A stretch of DNA of 64,000 nucleotides, from the NCBI GenBank assembly GCA_045863395.1, contig BTVJ01000002.1, forward strand, positions 128,001 to 192,000, read 5' to 3'. Below the pieces are notes generated by a model. It was not told the DNA's origin. It saw nothing but the letters and a program-made list of their open reading frames with translations, and did no database searches. Both the position numbers and the translations under genes were made by a program. Shown here in pieces: positions 47,035 through 56,004 of this stretch; the first letter of the stretch is position 1, and each line of letters opens with the position of its first letter. The stretch is from Myxococcales bacterium (GTDB taxonomy: Bacteria; Myxococcota_A; UBA9042; JABWCM01; BTVJ01).

Positions 47035-48006
47035 ATGATCGCGCTGTGGATACTGACGATCCTCGCCTCCCCGGCAGAGCTGGACGCGGCCCTGGCCCGT
47101 GCCGGCGGCCGCCCCGTGATCCTCTACGTGGGCGCGGAGTGGTGCAGCCCCTGCAACGACCTGCGCGCCGAGGTGCTGGAGGTGCCCGAGACCGTGGCGC
47201 AGCTCGGCGCGACCGTGGTGCACGTGGACTTCGACACGCCGGAGGGGCAGGCGGTCACCGAGCGCTACGCGATCATCGACCTGCCGACGAGCGTGATTGT
47301 GGACCCGAAGGGCAGGGAGCTCTCGCGCGTGGCCGGCTACCCGGGACGCACGGAGTACCTGGAGGCGGTGCGGGATGCCCTGCGCGGGCGCTCCAGCCTG
47401 GATGCCGCGCGTGCAGGGACGGGGGAGGCCGCCAGACTGGATGTGGCGGAGGCCCTCCTCGTCAGGGGGAACGAGGCGGAGGCTGCCCCGTTGTTCTCTG
47501 CGTACTTCGACCGCAGCGACGATCTGGGGGCGCGAGCCACCCGCGTCTGGGGACGCTACCTGCTCCGGGTCCGGAAGCGGGCGGTCGAGGCGGAGGCCCA
47601 CTTCCGCGCCGCGGCTGAGCGCTTCCGCGGCCTCCCCGCCGAGGGCAGCTTCATCTACTGGGCCGCGCGCGCGTGCGACGCCCAGGGCAAGCGCGACGAG
47701 GCCGTGGCCCTCTTCGATGCGTGGGGGGCGCGCGCCCCGGCGTCACAGGACCCGGCCCTCGAGAAGGCCGACTTCCTGGTCCAGGTGGGCGCAGAGGCTG
47801 GGGTCTGCGAGCAGGCCATCCGCGCGGCGGAGCCGGGCGGCAAGGAGCTGGGCTGGCTCGCCTACCTGCTCGCCCAGGTACGGCTCAAGCAGGGAGACTG
47901 CGGCGGCGCTCGAGCCGCGGTGAAGCGCGCGCGGGAGCTGGAGCCGGGCCCGGCCATCTACCGCAACTTCGAAGGGCGCCTCGCCAAGGAGTGCGCGTCG
48001 CCATGA
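47035..48006 (+). CDS. Thioredoxin-TPR protein
   Basis: AEWCSPC..DLPT thioredoxin domain followed by TPR-like helical repeats. Confidence 0.82.
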   Translation: MIALWILTILASPAELDAALARAGGRPVILYVGAEWCSPCNDLRAEVLEVPETVAQLGATVVHVDFDTPEGQAVTERYAIIDLPTSVIVDPKGRELSRVAGYPGRTEYLEAVRDALRGRSSLDAARAGTGEAARLDVAEALLVRGNEAEAAPLFSAYFDRSDDLGARATRVWGRYLLRVRKRAVEAEAHFRAAAERFRGLPAEGSFIYWAARACDAQGKRDEAVALFDAWGARAPASQDPALEKADFLVQVGAEAGVCEQAIRAAEPGGKELGWLAYLLAQVRLKQGDCGGARAAVKRARELEPGPAIYRNFEGRLAKECASP

Positions 48007-48551
48007 GCCGGGTGGTCGTGGATCTCGGTGACGTCCGCATCCGCGAGCTTGGTCCGGCGGACGCGAAGCCCATGGCGGCGCTGGCCAACAACCGCCAGGT
48101 CTGGCTCAACCTGCGGGACGTGGTCCCCCACCCGTACACGGTGGCCGACGGCCGCGCCTTCATCCGCAGCCAACTGGAGCGCGAGCGACCGGACGCATTC
48201 GCCATCGAGGCGGGAGGGGAGCTCGCCGGCGCCATCGGCCTCCACCGCGCGTCAGACGTCCACCGCTACACGGCCGAGCTGGGCTACTGGCTCGGCGAGC
48301 CCTACTGGGGCCGCGGCCTTGCGACCCGCTGCGTCCGCGCCCTGACGGACACCGCCCTCGCCGAGAGCGACCTCCTCCGCATCGAGGCCCACGTCTTCTC
48401 CTGGAACCCCGCCTCGGCCCGGGTCCTCGAGAAGGCAGGATTCCACTTCGAGGGAGTCCGCCGAGCCAGCGTCGTCAAGGACGGCCACATCCTCGATCAG
48501 CACATGTGGGTGCGCCTGCGAGCTGAACTGGGGGACCGCTGGCCTGGGTGA
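48003..48551 (+). CDS. GNAT acetyltransferase (RimJ/RimL-like)
   Basis: ELGYWLGEPYWGRG, NPASARVLEKAGF; ATGA overlap. Confidence 0.92.
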   Translation: MSRVVVDLGDVRIRELGPADAKPMAALANNRQVWLNLRDVVPHPYTVADGRAFIRSQLERERPDAFAIEAGGELAGAIGLHRASDVHRYTAELGYWLGEPYWGRGLATRCVRALTDTALAESDLLRIEAHVFSWNPASARVLEKAGFHFEGVRRASVVKDGHILDQHMWVRLRAELGDRWPG

Positions 48552-48560
48552 GTCGAGGTT

Positions 48561-48630
48561 GGGGGTCAAGCCTACTCATATCTCATATCCTGGCGCGCCA
48601 GGATATGAGATATGAGTAGGCTTGACCCCC
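48561..48630. repeat. Perfect 70-bp palindrome (REP-like element or bidirectional terminator)
   Basis: GGGGGTCAAGCCTACTCATATCTCATATCCTGGCG|CGCCAGGATATGAGATATGAGTAGGCTTGACCCCC; no mismatch, no loop. Confidence 0.95.
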
Positions 48631-48631
48631 T

Positions 48632-49288
48632 CTATCGAGCCGGCTGGATGAGCTTCGCCGCCTCTGCCAGGGAGCGCTCCGTGACGGCTCCCTTGCGGAG
48701 GCAGCGGAGGCGGCCGGCCGTGTCCAGCAGCGCCTGGACGGGGAGGGCGGGCGGGTCATCCACGCCGAGCGCCGCGTAGAGCTGGGTCCGCCCCGCCCCT
48801 TCAGGCAGGTGCACCACTCGCGCCCGGATGTTCTGGCCCGGCTTGCTCGCCATGAAGCGGTCGAGCTGGCGGCGGTCGTCGTCGATGGACAGGAACAGCG
48901 GCGCTATCCGCTTGCCCGCGCCCTGCTGACTCGCGGCGAAGCGCTCCAGGAGCGGCATCTCCTCGATGCAGGGGGTGCACCAGGCGGCCCAGAGGCTCAC
49001 CCAGGTCCAGCCACCCTGCGCGCCGTCGCGGATGAGCTCGCCGGCCGGGATCGCGATGACCGGACCGTCCTCTCCGTGGGCCACGTCGCAGAGGGGACCG
49101 TCATCGTCCGCTGGCGTCGCCACGACGTCTGCCGTCGGAGGAGGCGGCGGCTTGACCTGGTCCGCCGTCACCACCTGGGCGCGCTGCGGCGGGGCGACCG
49201 CGGGGGCCCCGCCACTGAGTAGCGGCACCACGAACCACGCGCCCGCCCCGAGCACACCGAGAAACAGCAGGATCCCCAGAAGCCGCAT
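48632..49288 (-). CDS. Membrane-anchored TlpA-like thioredoxin
   Basis: N-terminal TM segment; WAAWCTPCIEEMP; ALP cis-Pro loop. Confidence 0.88.
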   Translation of the reverse strand: MRLLGILLFLGVLGAGAWFVVPLLSGGAPAVAPPQRAQVVTADQVKPPPPPTADVVATPADDDGPLCDVAHGEDGPVIAIPAGELIRDGAQGGWTWVSLWAAWCTPCIEEMPLLERFAASQQGAGKRIAPLFLSIDDDRRQLDRFMASKPGQNIRARVVHLPEGAGRTQLYAALGVDDPPALPVQALLDTAGRLRCLRKGAVTERSLAEAAKLIQPAR

Positions 49289-49299
49289 CACGCCCCCAC

Positions 49300-50004
49300 T
49301 TAGAGTTGGCAGTCAATCCACGACACGACGGCGCTCCGGTTGATCAGCTCGGCTTTGCACGGCGTGCCTGTGCGGGAGCTCTGCCACGCGCAGAAGTCCT
49401 CCTCGAGCTGCGCGTACTCCTCGCCGAGCCACAGGAGGCCCACCTTCTTCTCGATGTCCGGGTCGCCGAAGCGCTCCTGGAGCTGGAACAGGATGGAGTT
49501 GGCTCGCCGGTGTGACAGGGCCCGGTTGCGGTCCGCGTCGCCGTCCGTAGAGGCCCGGGCCACCACCAGGAACCAGGAGGCGCCGCGCCTGTCGGACCAC
49601 AGGCGCTCCACCAGCGCCTTGCCGCCGTCGTCCAGGTCCTCCTTGCCCAGGTCATACAGCACGAGGCCCCCGCGGTCCTTCAAGGGGTCGAAGAGCGCGT
49701 TGAAGTCGCTGTCTGCGATCTGCGCCACGTTCTTCAGCTCTCCCGGCTGGCAGCCGCGGCGCCCGCCCCCAATCAGGCCGCAGTTGTTGAGCACGCGGCG
49801 CAGCACGGTCTTCAGGTGCTCGTTGCAGTAGCCCTCCTCCGCCGTCGATGCCACCGGGGCCGTCGCCTTCGGGACCGCGTCCGGCGTCACGCCCGGGTGC
49901 TCCAGGCGCTCCGCCGCGCGCCCTACCATGCCGCGGGTCGATATGCCCAGGGCGCCGAGCAGCGCAGCCATGCACACCACATTCAGGATCCAGGCTCCCT
50001 TCAT
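49300..50004 (-). CDS. Cys-rich protein with an OmpA-like C-terminal domain
   Basis: ARASTDGDADRNRALSHRRA resembles the OmpA peptidoglycan-binding motif; late NRS; six Cys after the signal/TM segment. Confidence 0.68.
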   Translation of the reverse strand: MKGAWILNVVCMAALLGALGISTRGMVGRAAERLEHPGVTPDAVPKATAPVASTAEEGYCNEHLKTVLRRVLNNCGLIGGGRRGCQPGELKNVAQIADSDFNALFDPLKDRGGLVLYDLGKEDLDDGGKALVERLWSDRRGASWFLVVARASTDGDADRNRALSHRRANSILFQLQERFGDPDIEKKVGLLWLGEEYAQLEEDFCAWQSSRTGTPCKAELINRSAVVSWIDCQL

Positions 50005-51215
50005 CGCTCACCTCCTCGGAGGCGCCGGAGCGCGTACTCCATGCCCAGGTCCGTGTCCTCGTCGCACAGCCGCTTGCCGTCCACGTAGAGCTGGGGCGTG
50101 ATCACGGGCAGGGCGTTGTCCACGGCCCATCGCAGCGCGTCATTGAGGCGGATCGCGGTCTCCGGGGCGTCCAGGCAGGCGTCGATCTCGGGGAACCGCC
50201 CGACCAGCGTCTCCCGGATGCGGTCGAGGCGCCGCCCGCGGCCCGCCGAGCGCAGGTCGTCCTGCTGCTCGAATACGAAGTCGAGCAGCTCGGACGCGCG
50301 GGGGCCGGCGCACAAGAGCCCCTTCGAGAGCAGGCACGCGCCCGGGTGCAGCGAGTCCTTGAGCATGAAGTTGCACTCCGCGTCGAGGGGCATGAGCAGC
50401 ATGTGCATGTCCAGGTCCCGCGGCGCGCTGTGCAGGGTCTCGTGGAACGCCTTGCACGCCGGGCACAGCGGATCGAGCACCATCACCGCCTCGGTCCCCT
50501 GCCCGCCGAGCGGCACCAGCACACCGCGGGGATCCTCCCGGCTCGCCAGCCGCTCGCAGTCGAGGACGTGCTTGTCGTAGTCCGGCAGCGACGCCGCGTA
50601 GAGCGCCGGAGGGCCCAGCACGGCGAGCCCCATCTCGACGCTGAGCGCGGCGAATGCCCCGAAGCCCCCGAAGGTGGCCGCAGGGGTGTCGTCCTCCGCC
50701 GCTGCGGCCAGCGCGAGGCGCCGGTCCTTCACCGCCGTCATCGCGGCGGCAATGGCGCCGGCGAGCAGGACCGCCGACGCCAGGTACATGCCTGCGCAGG
50801 TCTGGCACACCGTCCCGAGCTTGCCGAGCGCGATGCTCGCGTAGGTGCCCGAGGCTCCGGCGGCCACCACCCCGGACGCGAGCAGGAACAGCGACGGCCA
50901 CAGGTCATGGGCGCGCCGGGATGCGAGGGACCACACGCCGAGGGCGAGGGCAAAGGCGAACAGGCCCAGCGCGAACAGCGACACGGGGACCCCTCCCCAC
51001 CAGCGGTCCCGCCAGAAGGACGAGTACGGCGACTGCATCGCGACCTTGCAGCCCTCTCCTCCCGCGTCTTGCGCCGGCAGCAGGGAGCAGCTCACGGGGT
51101 GGACCTGCCGGTCCAGGTGAGCGGCGAAGTCTCCGGTGGACACCCCCGCGTAGACTACCCCGAGCAGCGCCCCGAGCACCGCCACCACCACGAACGCGCC
51201 TGTCAGACGGCTCAC
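50001..51215 (-). CDS. VKOR - DsbA/thioredoxin fusion
   Basis: VKOR loop Cys pair (VSCS..EGCK..SPYS), TM helices, VCQTC; then DPLCPAC and ITP thioredoxin domain. Confidence 0.85.
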   Translation of the reverse strand: MSRLTGAFVVVAVLGALLGVVYAGVSTGDFAAHLDRQVHPVSCSLLPAQDAGGEGCKVAMQSPYSSFWRDRWWGGVPVSLFALGLFAFALALGVWSLASRRAHDLWPSLFLLASGVVAAGASGTYASIALGKLGTVCQTCAGMYLASAVLLAGAIAAAMTAVKDRRLALAAAAEDDTPAATFGGFGAFAALSVEMGLAVLGPPALYAASLPDYDKHVLDCERLASREDPRGVLVPLGGQGTEAVMVLDPLCPACKAFHETLHSAPRDLDMHMLLMPLDAECNFMLKDSLHPGACLLSKGLLCAGPRASELLDFVFEQQDDLRSAGRGRRLDRIRETLVGRFPEIDACLDAPETAIRLNDALRWAVDNALPVITPQLYVDGKRLCDEDTDLGMEYALRRLRGGER

Positions 51216-51571
51216 TCCGACTCCTCCGTGGGCGCGAAGCGACGCGACGCCTTGCGCACGCTCCGCTGCTTCTTCTCAGTCAGGCGCTCTTCTTTTGCGC
51301 CTCGCGGGACCTTGGTCGGCACGCGCTCCGGGTCCACGTGGTTCAGCTCCGCCAGACGCTCCGCCATGCGCTCGAAGGCGAGGTCCCGGTTGCGGGTCTG
51401 GCTGCGTCGCTCGGTGGCCATCACCACCGTCCCCGACGGCGGGTGGACGAGCCGCACCCCCGTCTCCCGCTTGTTGCGGTGCTGCCCGCCCGGTCCGCTC
51501 CCCTTGAGGAAGGTGACCTCGCAGACCTCCTCGAGGGTCTCCCGGTCCGTGGCCCACGGCGCGTCGGTCAC
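51212..51571 (-). CDS. Peptide chain release factor-like peptidyl-tRNA hydrolase (ArfB-like)
   Basis: GSGPGGQHRNK, RSQ.RNR, basic C-terminal tail. Confidence 0.88.
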   Translation of the reverse strand: MTDAPWATDRETLEEVCEVTFLKGSGPGGQHRNKRETGVRLVHPPSGTVVMATERRSQTRNRDLAFERMAERLAELNHVDPERVPTKVPRGAKEERLTEKKQRSVRKASRRFAPTEESE

Positions 51572-52077
51572 GCTCTCTCCAACAGCATCAGCGCCGCGAG
51601 GCTCTTCGCGTCGCACAGCGCTCCGGTCCCGATGGCGTCCCGAACGCGCCCCGAATCGAGCGTCTCGACGCTGATCTCCTCCCCCACGTCCAGGCGCTGC
51701 CCCTCGAAGCGCAGCCCCCGCGCCGCGAAGACCTCCATCCACTCGGTCGAGAAGGAGGGCGCCAGCCAGAACCCCCCGAGGCGCTCCATGGTTGCGGCCC
51801 GGTAGCCCGTCTCCTCCAGCAGCTCGCGGTGGGCGCAGGCGAGCGCGTCCTCCGGGGGCTCCAGCGTCCCGGCCGGCAGCTCGAGCACCGCGCCGCCCAC
51901 GGCAAAGCGCCGGTTTCGGATCAGCACGACGCGCCCGTCGTCGAGCACCGGCACCAGCACCACGGAGCCCGGGTGCACCACCAGCAGCTCCCGCCGGGGG
52001 CCGCCAGCGCCAATGTCCACCTCGACGACCCGCGCCTCGCCCTTGCGCCCCCTCCACAGTGTCTCGATCTCACGCAT
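51568..52077 (-). CDS. NUDIX hydrolase (ADP-ribose pyrophosphatase-like)
   Basis: ELPAGTLEPPEDALACAHRELLEETGY; DAKS. Confidence 0.92.
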   Translation of the reverse strand: MREIETLWRGRKGEARVVEVDIGAGGPRRELLVVHPGSVVLVPVLDDGRVVLIRNRRFAVGGAVLELPAGTLEPPEDALACAHRELLEETGYRAATMERLGGFWLAPSFSTEWMEVFAARGLRFEGQRLDVGEEISVETLDSGRVRDAIGTGALCDAKSLAALMLLERA

Positions 52078-52149
52078 GGGCGCCATGATAGGGGTGTTGC
52101 CGCGCGGGAGCAACGGGCCCGCTGGCCTGCCTTCGTGTATGCTGCGCCC

Positions 52150-52875
52150 ATGTGTACCCTGGCTGTCTGGTGGCGCACCTGCGCCGAGCACCCCGTCGTC
52201 GCGGCGACCAACCGCGACGAGCTCCTGGATCGCCCCGCCGAGGCCCCCGGTCCTCGCCCCTGGGGCCCGGTGCCCGTCTTCGCGCCCCGGGATCTCGTGG
52301 CGGGGGGCTCCTGGATAGGCGTCAACGCGCGCGGAGTCTTCGTCGCAATCACCAACCGCTTTGGCGGACCGCGGGATCCCGGCCGCCGGTCCCGGGGGCA
52401 CCTGGTCGCGGAGATGCTCGCCCACGAGAGCGCGGCGGCGGCGGCCCTCGCCCCGATTCGCGGTGGCGACTACAACGGCTTCCACCTGCTGGTCGCGGAC
52501 GCGAGCGCTGCGTGGCTCCGCGTCGGGGACGGCGTTGCCGCCCCCCTGACCTGGCTCGAGCCCGGTCTCCACGTGATCACGGAGCGCAGCTTTGGCGCTG
52601 CCCCGACCGCCCGGGAGCCGCTGCTCCGGGACCTCCTCGCTGGCGCGGATCCGTGCGGGGGCCAGCCGGCGTCGTTCGCGTCAGCCCTCACGCCCGTCAT
52701 GTCAGCGCATGCGGAGGCGACCCTCGACGGCGTGTGTGTCCACGCGGAGGCGCTGCGATATGGCACGCGCTCGTCGTCGCTGGTCCGTGTGGGTGCGCAG
52801 GGGACGCAGTGGCTCTTCGCGCCGGGCCCGCCGTGCACGACGCCATACCAGGATCTTCCAGTGGACCTCGGGTGA
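52150..52875 (+). CDS. NRDE/TANGO2 family protein
   Basis: MCT..NRDE; RDLVAGGSWIG; YGTRSS. Confidence 0.92.
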   Translation: MCTLAVWWRTCAEHPVVAATNRDELLDRPAEAPGPRPWGPVPVFAPRDLVAGGSWIGVNARGVFVAITNRFGGPRDPGRRSRGHLVAEMLAHESAAAAALAPIRGGDYNGFHLLVADASAAWLRVGDGVAAPLTWLEPGLHVITERSFGAAPTAREPLLRDLLAGADPCGGQPASFASALTPVMSAHAEATLDGVCVHAEALRYGTRSSSLVRVGAQGTQWLFAPGPPCTTPYQDLPVDLG

Positions 52876-52893
52876 CCCCCGAGTGCTACGCGG

Positions 52894-53664
52894 TCACCAC
52901 TCGTCGACCTCGACCAGCACGACCGTCACATTGTCGCGCCCCCCGTGCTCACACGCGACCTCCACCAGGTGCTGGGCCGCCACGCAGAGATCTCCGTTGC
53001 GTGACGTGAGGACGGCCTCCAGCTCCGGGTCGGGCACGTCCCCGGTCAGCCCGTCCGAGCACAGCACGTAGAGGTCCCCAGGCTGCGGTACATGGCGCTG
53101 CAGCTCCACGTCCACGTGGTCCTGCATGCCAAGCGCCCGAACGATCACGTTCTTGTAGCGGAAGCCCGTCAGATCCGCCTCCGTGACGCTGGGGTGCAGC
53201 TTGCGGAAGTCGTTGAGCAGGGAGTGGTCCTCTGTGAGCTGCCGCAGGGCCCCGTCGCGCAGCAGGTAGGCACGGCTGTCCCCTACGTGAGCGACCGCCA
53301 GCCCTGAGTCGGAGAACAGCGCCGTGACGATGGTGGTGCCCATCTGCTTGCACTTGGGGTCGCGCTGCGCCGTGCGATAGATGAGCCCGTTGGCCAGCTT
53401 GATGGCCACCGAGAGCCGATTCTCGTCGTAGGAGAGGGTCTCCTCCTCGCGGTAGGGCCAGGTGATGTCCTCGTCGTCCCGGGTCTCCTCGAAGAACTCT
53501 CGCACCGAGTCCACCGCCATGCGGCTGGCGACCTCTCCCGCGAGATACCCGCCCATGCCGTCCGCGACGGCAAAGAGACCGTATTCCGGCAGAATGGCGT
53601 AGGAGTCTTCGTTGTTGGTGCGCCGATGGCCCACATGGGAGGCACCCGCGAATCTCAGCTTCAT
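52894..53664 (-). CDS. PP2C-type Ser/Thr phosphatase (Stp1-like)
   Basis: NEDS, VADGMGG, VGDSRAY, CSDGL, GGRDNVT. Confidence 0.94.
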   Translation of the reverse strand: MKLRFAGASHVGHRRTNNEDSYAILPEYGLFAVADGMGGYLAGEVASRMAVDSVREFFEETRDDEDITWPYREEETLSYDENRLSVAIKLANGLIYRTAQRDPKCKQMGTTIVTALFSDSGLAVAHVGDSRAYLLRDGALRQLTEDHSLLNDFRKLHPSVTEADLTGFRYKNVIVRALGMQDHVDVELQRHVPQPGDLYVLCSDGLTGDVPDPELEAVLTSRNGDLCVAAQHLVEVACEHGGRDNVTVVLVEVDEW

Positions 53665-53801
53665 CGTCGACAGCCTCGGCCGGGACGCTGGGGGGCAGGC
53701 ACGATGAAGCTATCGAGCCCGGCTGAGACTCACAAGCCAAAAGTTGCGTCGTTGGGTGACAGGAGAAGGGACCACGGCGACGGGATCGCCGATCACTCCA
53801 A

Positions 53802-55805
53802 CTACTTGCCTAGGATCTCACCCTCGATGACCGCCTTGAACGACTCCACGTTGTAACCGGAGGGGGGCTGGAACTTGCGGCCGTTGATGAAGACGGTCGG
53901 GGTCCCACCCACACCGGCCTTGGTGCCCTGCTCGGTCTGCGCCTTGATGGCGTCGTCGAGCTGCGGGTCCGCCATGGCGGCCTTCCACTTCTCCATGTCG
54001 AGGCCGAGCTCCCGCGCCCACTCCTCGTACTTCTCGGGGCCCAGCTCCTTCTGGTTGGCAAAGAGCTTGTCGTGCATCTGCCAGAACTTGCCCTGGGCGT
54101 GGGCTGCGAGGGCCGCCTTGCCGGCCGGGGCCGCCTGCTGGTGGAAGGACAGGGGGAACTGCATGAAGGTCACGGACACCGCGTCGCCGTAGGCGCTCTG
54201 GACCTCGTCGATCACCGGCCCGACCCGCGAGCAGAACGGACACTGGAAGTCGCTGAACTCGACGATCTGGACCCGCGCGTTGGCGGGGCCCTTGGTGGGC
54301 ACCCCGGTCAGGTCGAAGGACTGCACCGTGTCATCAAGGGCGCGGAACACCTTGCCGTCCTTGATGACCGCGGCGTAGACACCGCCGCGAGGCGTCCCGC
54401 CGTCGACCAGCTTCTTCGCCTTCTCCAGCTCCTCGTCCACCAGCGCCTTGAAGGCCTCGAAGGGCTGGGCCCCGGTCATCTGCCGCCCGTTGACGAAGGA
54501 GTTGGGCGTCCCCCTCGCGTTGACCTCCGACGCGAGCTTCTGGTCCTCCTCCACCTGCCGCTTCGTCTCTGGAGACTCCATGTCGGCCTTGAAGCGCGCC
54601 ATGTCCAGGCCGAGCTCCGTCGCCCACTTGTCGATGTTCTCTGCGCTGAGGTCTCGCTGCCCATCGAAGAGCTTGTCGTGCATCTCCCAGAACTTGCCCT
54701 GGTTGCCGGCCGCGATCGATGCCAGCGCGGCGGGCACCGCGTTGTTGTGGAAGGCGAGCGGGTTGTGCTTGAAGACCACGGCCACGTCGTTGGGATAGGC
54801 GTCGAGGAGCTGCTTCATCGTCGGGAGCACCCGCGCGCAGAACGGGCACTGGAACTCGCTGAAGGTCACGATGGTCACGAGCGGCTCCGCGGCGCCCTTG
54901 CGCGCATCCTTCGGACCTACCTGCACCTTCCAGACGGTCGCGTCCACTGCCGGGCGGGCGGGCTGCGCCGGCTGCTCCTCTTGGACCGGAGGCTGACCAC
55001 CATCGACGACCCAGGCGATGAAGTTGTCGCCGGCCGGGTGGGTCGCCTTGGCCACCTGCTGCCACGCCTTGGCGGCAGGCGCGCCCTCGGCCACGGCCTT
55101 GTCCGTCTCCGCCAGCTTCTTCTCGACGATGGCCTTGAAGGTCTCGAAGGGTTGCGCCCCCTTGATGGCCTCGCCGTTGATGAAGAAGCCGGGCGTCCCG
55201 CGGGCGCCGAGGGCGACCATGGCCGCCTGCTGGCGCTTGATCTCCTTCTCGATCTCCGGGTCGCCCATGTCGGCCTTGAAGCGCGCCATGTCGAGGCCGA
55301 GCTCGCCGGCCCACTTGTCGAAATTCTCCGCCGTCAGCTCTCGGGCGTTGGCGAAGAGCTTGTCGTGCATCTCCCAGAACTTGCCCTGCTTGTGGGCCGC
55401 CATGGACGCCTTGGCCGCGGGCATGGCGTTGGGGTGGAAGGCGAGCGGGTTGTGGAAGAAGTAGACGGCCACGTCCTTGGGCCAGGTCTCGGCGACCTTC
55501 TCAACGGTGTCCTTCGCGCGGCTGCAGAAGGGGCACTGGAAGTCGCTGGACTCGATGATCACGACCTTGGCGTCCGCCGGTCCCTTCCGGGGGATGTTCG
55601 CGAGGCCCGCGGCCTGTTCGGCCACCGGGATCGGCGCGCCCTGGGTGGGCTGGGAGGGCTGCCCGGCTGCCCCTGGCTGTGCGGGCTGTGTCGGCTGGGC
55701 CGGCGGCGTCGCCGGACCGGCGGGTGGCTGGGGCTCGTCTTTCTTGCATCCGCCCGCCAGCGTCATCGCGGCGAGGGCGACGACAAGGTTCGATGGGAAT
55801 CGCAT
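53802..55805 (-). CDS. Lipoprotein with three tandem DsbA/thioredoxin domains
   Basis: AAGGAGG RBS; AGGC lipobox; 3x S[DE]FQCPFC...GTP..F[IV]NG. Confidence 0.92.
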   Translation of the reverse strand: MRFPSNLVVALAAMTLAGGCKKDEPQPPAGPATPPAQPTQPAQPGAAGQPSQPTQGAPIPVAEQAAGLANIPRKGPADAKVVIIESSDFQCPFCSRAKDTVEKVAETWPKDVAVYFFHNPLAFHPNAMPAAKASMAAHKQGKFWEMHDKLFANARELTAENFDKWAGELGLDMARFKADMGDPEIEKEIKRQQAAMVALGARGTPGFFINGEAIKGAQPFETFKAIVEKKLAETDKAVAEGAPAAKAWQQVAKATHPAGDNFIAWVVDGGQPPVQEEQPAQPARPAVDATVWKVQVGPKDARKGAAEPLVTIVTFSEFQCPFCARVLPTMKQLLDAYPNDVAVVFKHNPLAFHNNAVPAALASIAAGNQGKFWEMHDKLFDGQRDLSAENIDKWATELGLDMARFKADMESPETKRQVEEDQKLASEVNARGTPNSFVNGRQMTGAQPFEAFKALVDEELEKAKKLVDGGTPRGGVYAAVIKDGKVFRALDDTVQSFDLTGVPTKGPANARVQIVEFSDFQCPFCSRVGPVIDEVQSAYGDAVSVTFMQFPLSFHQQAAPAGKAALAAHAQGKFWQMHDKLFANQKELGPEKYEEWARELGLDMEKWKAAMADPQLDDAIKAQTEQGTKAGVGGTPTVFINGRKFQPPSGYNVESFKAVIEGEILGK

Positions 55806-56004
55806 GCCGCTCACTCCTCCTTCGTGCACCGCCTCGGGTGCGTCATGGGCGCATGGCACCGGCGGAGGAACCCCGCGGCCTGCGCTGGCATTCCTGGGCT
55901 CCAAGGTGTCCGCCGGACCTCTCCCGCGCCGCTGCTCTTATCACCGCCCACGGGTGGTTGCAAGGGCTTGACCCCGCGCCGTCGGTTCCGCACCCTCGGG
56001 GTCC

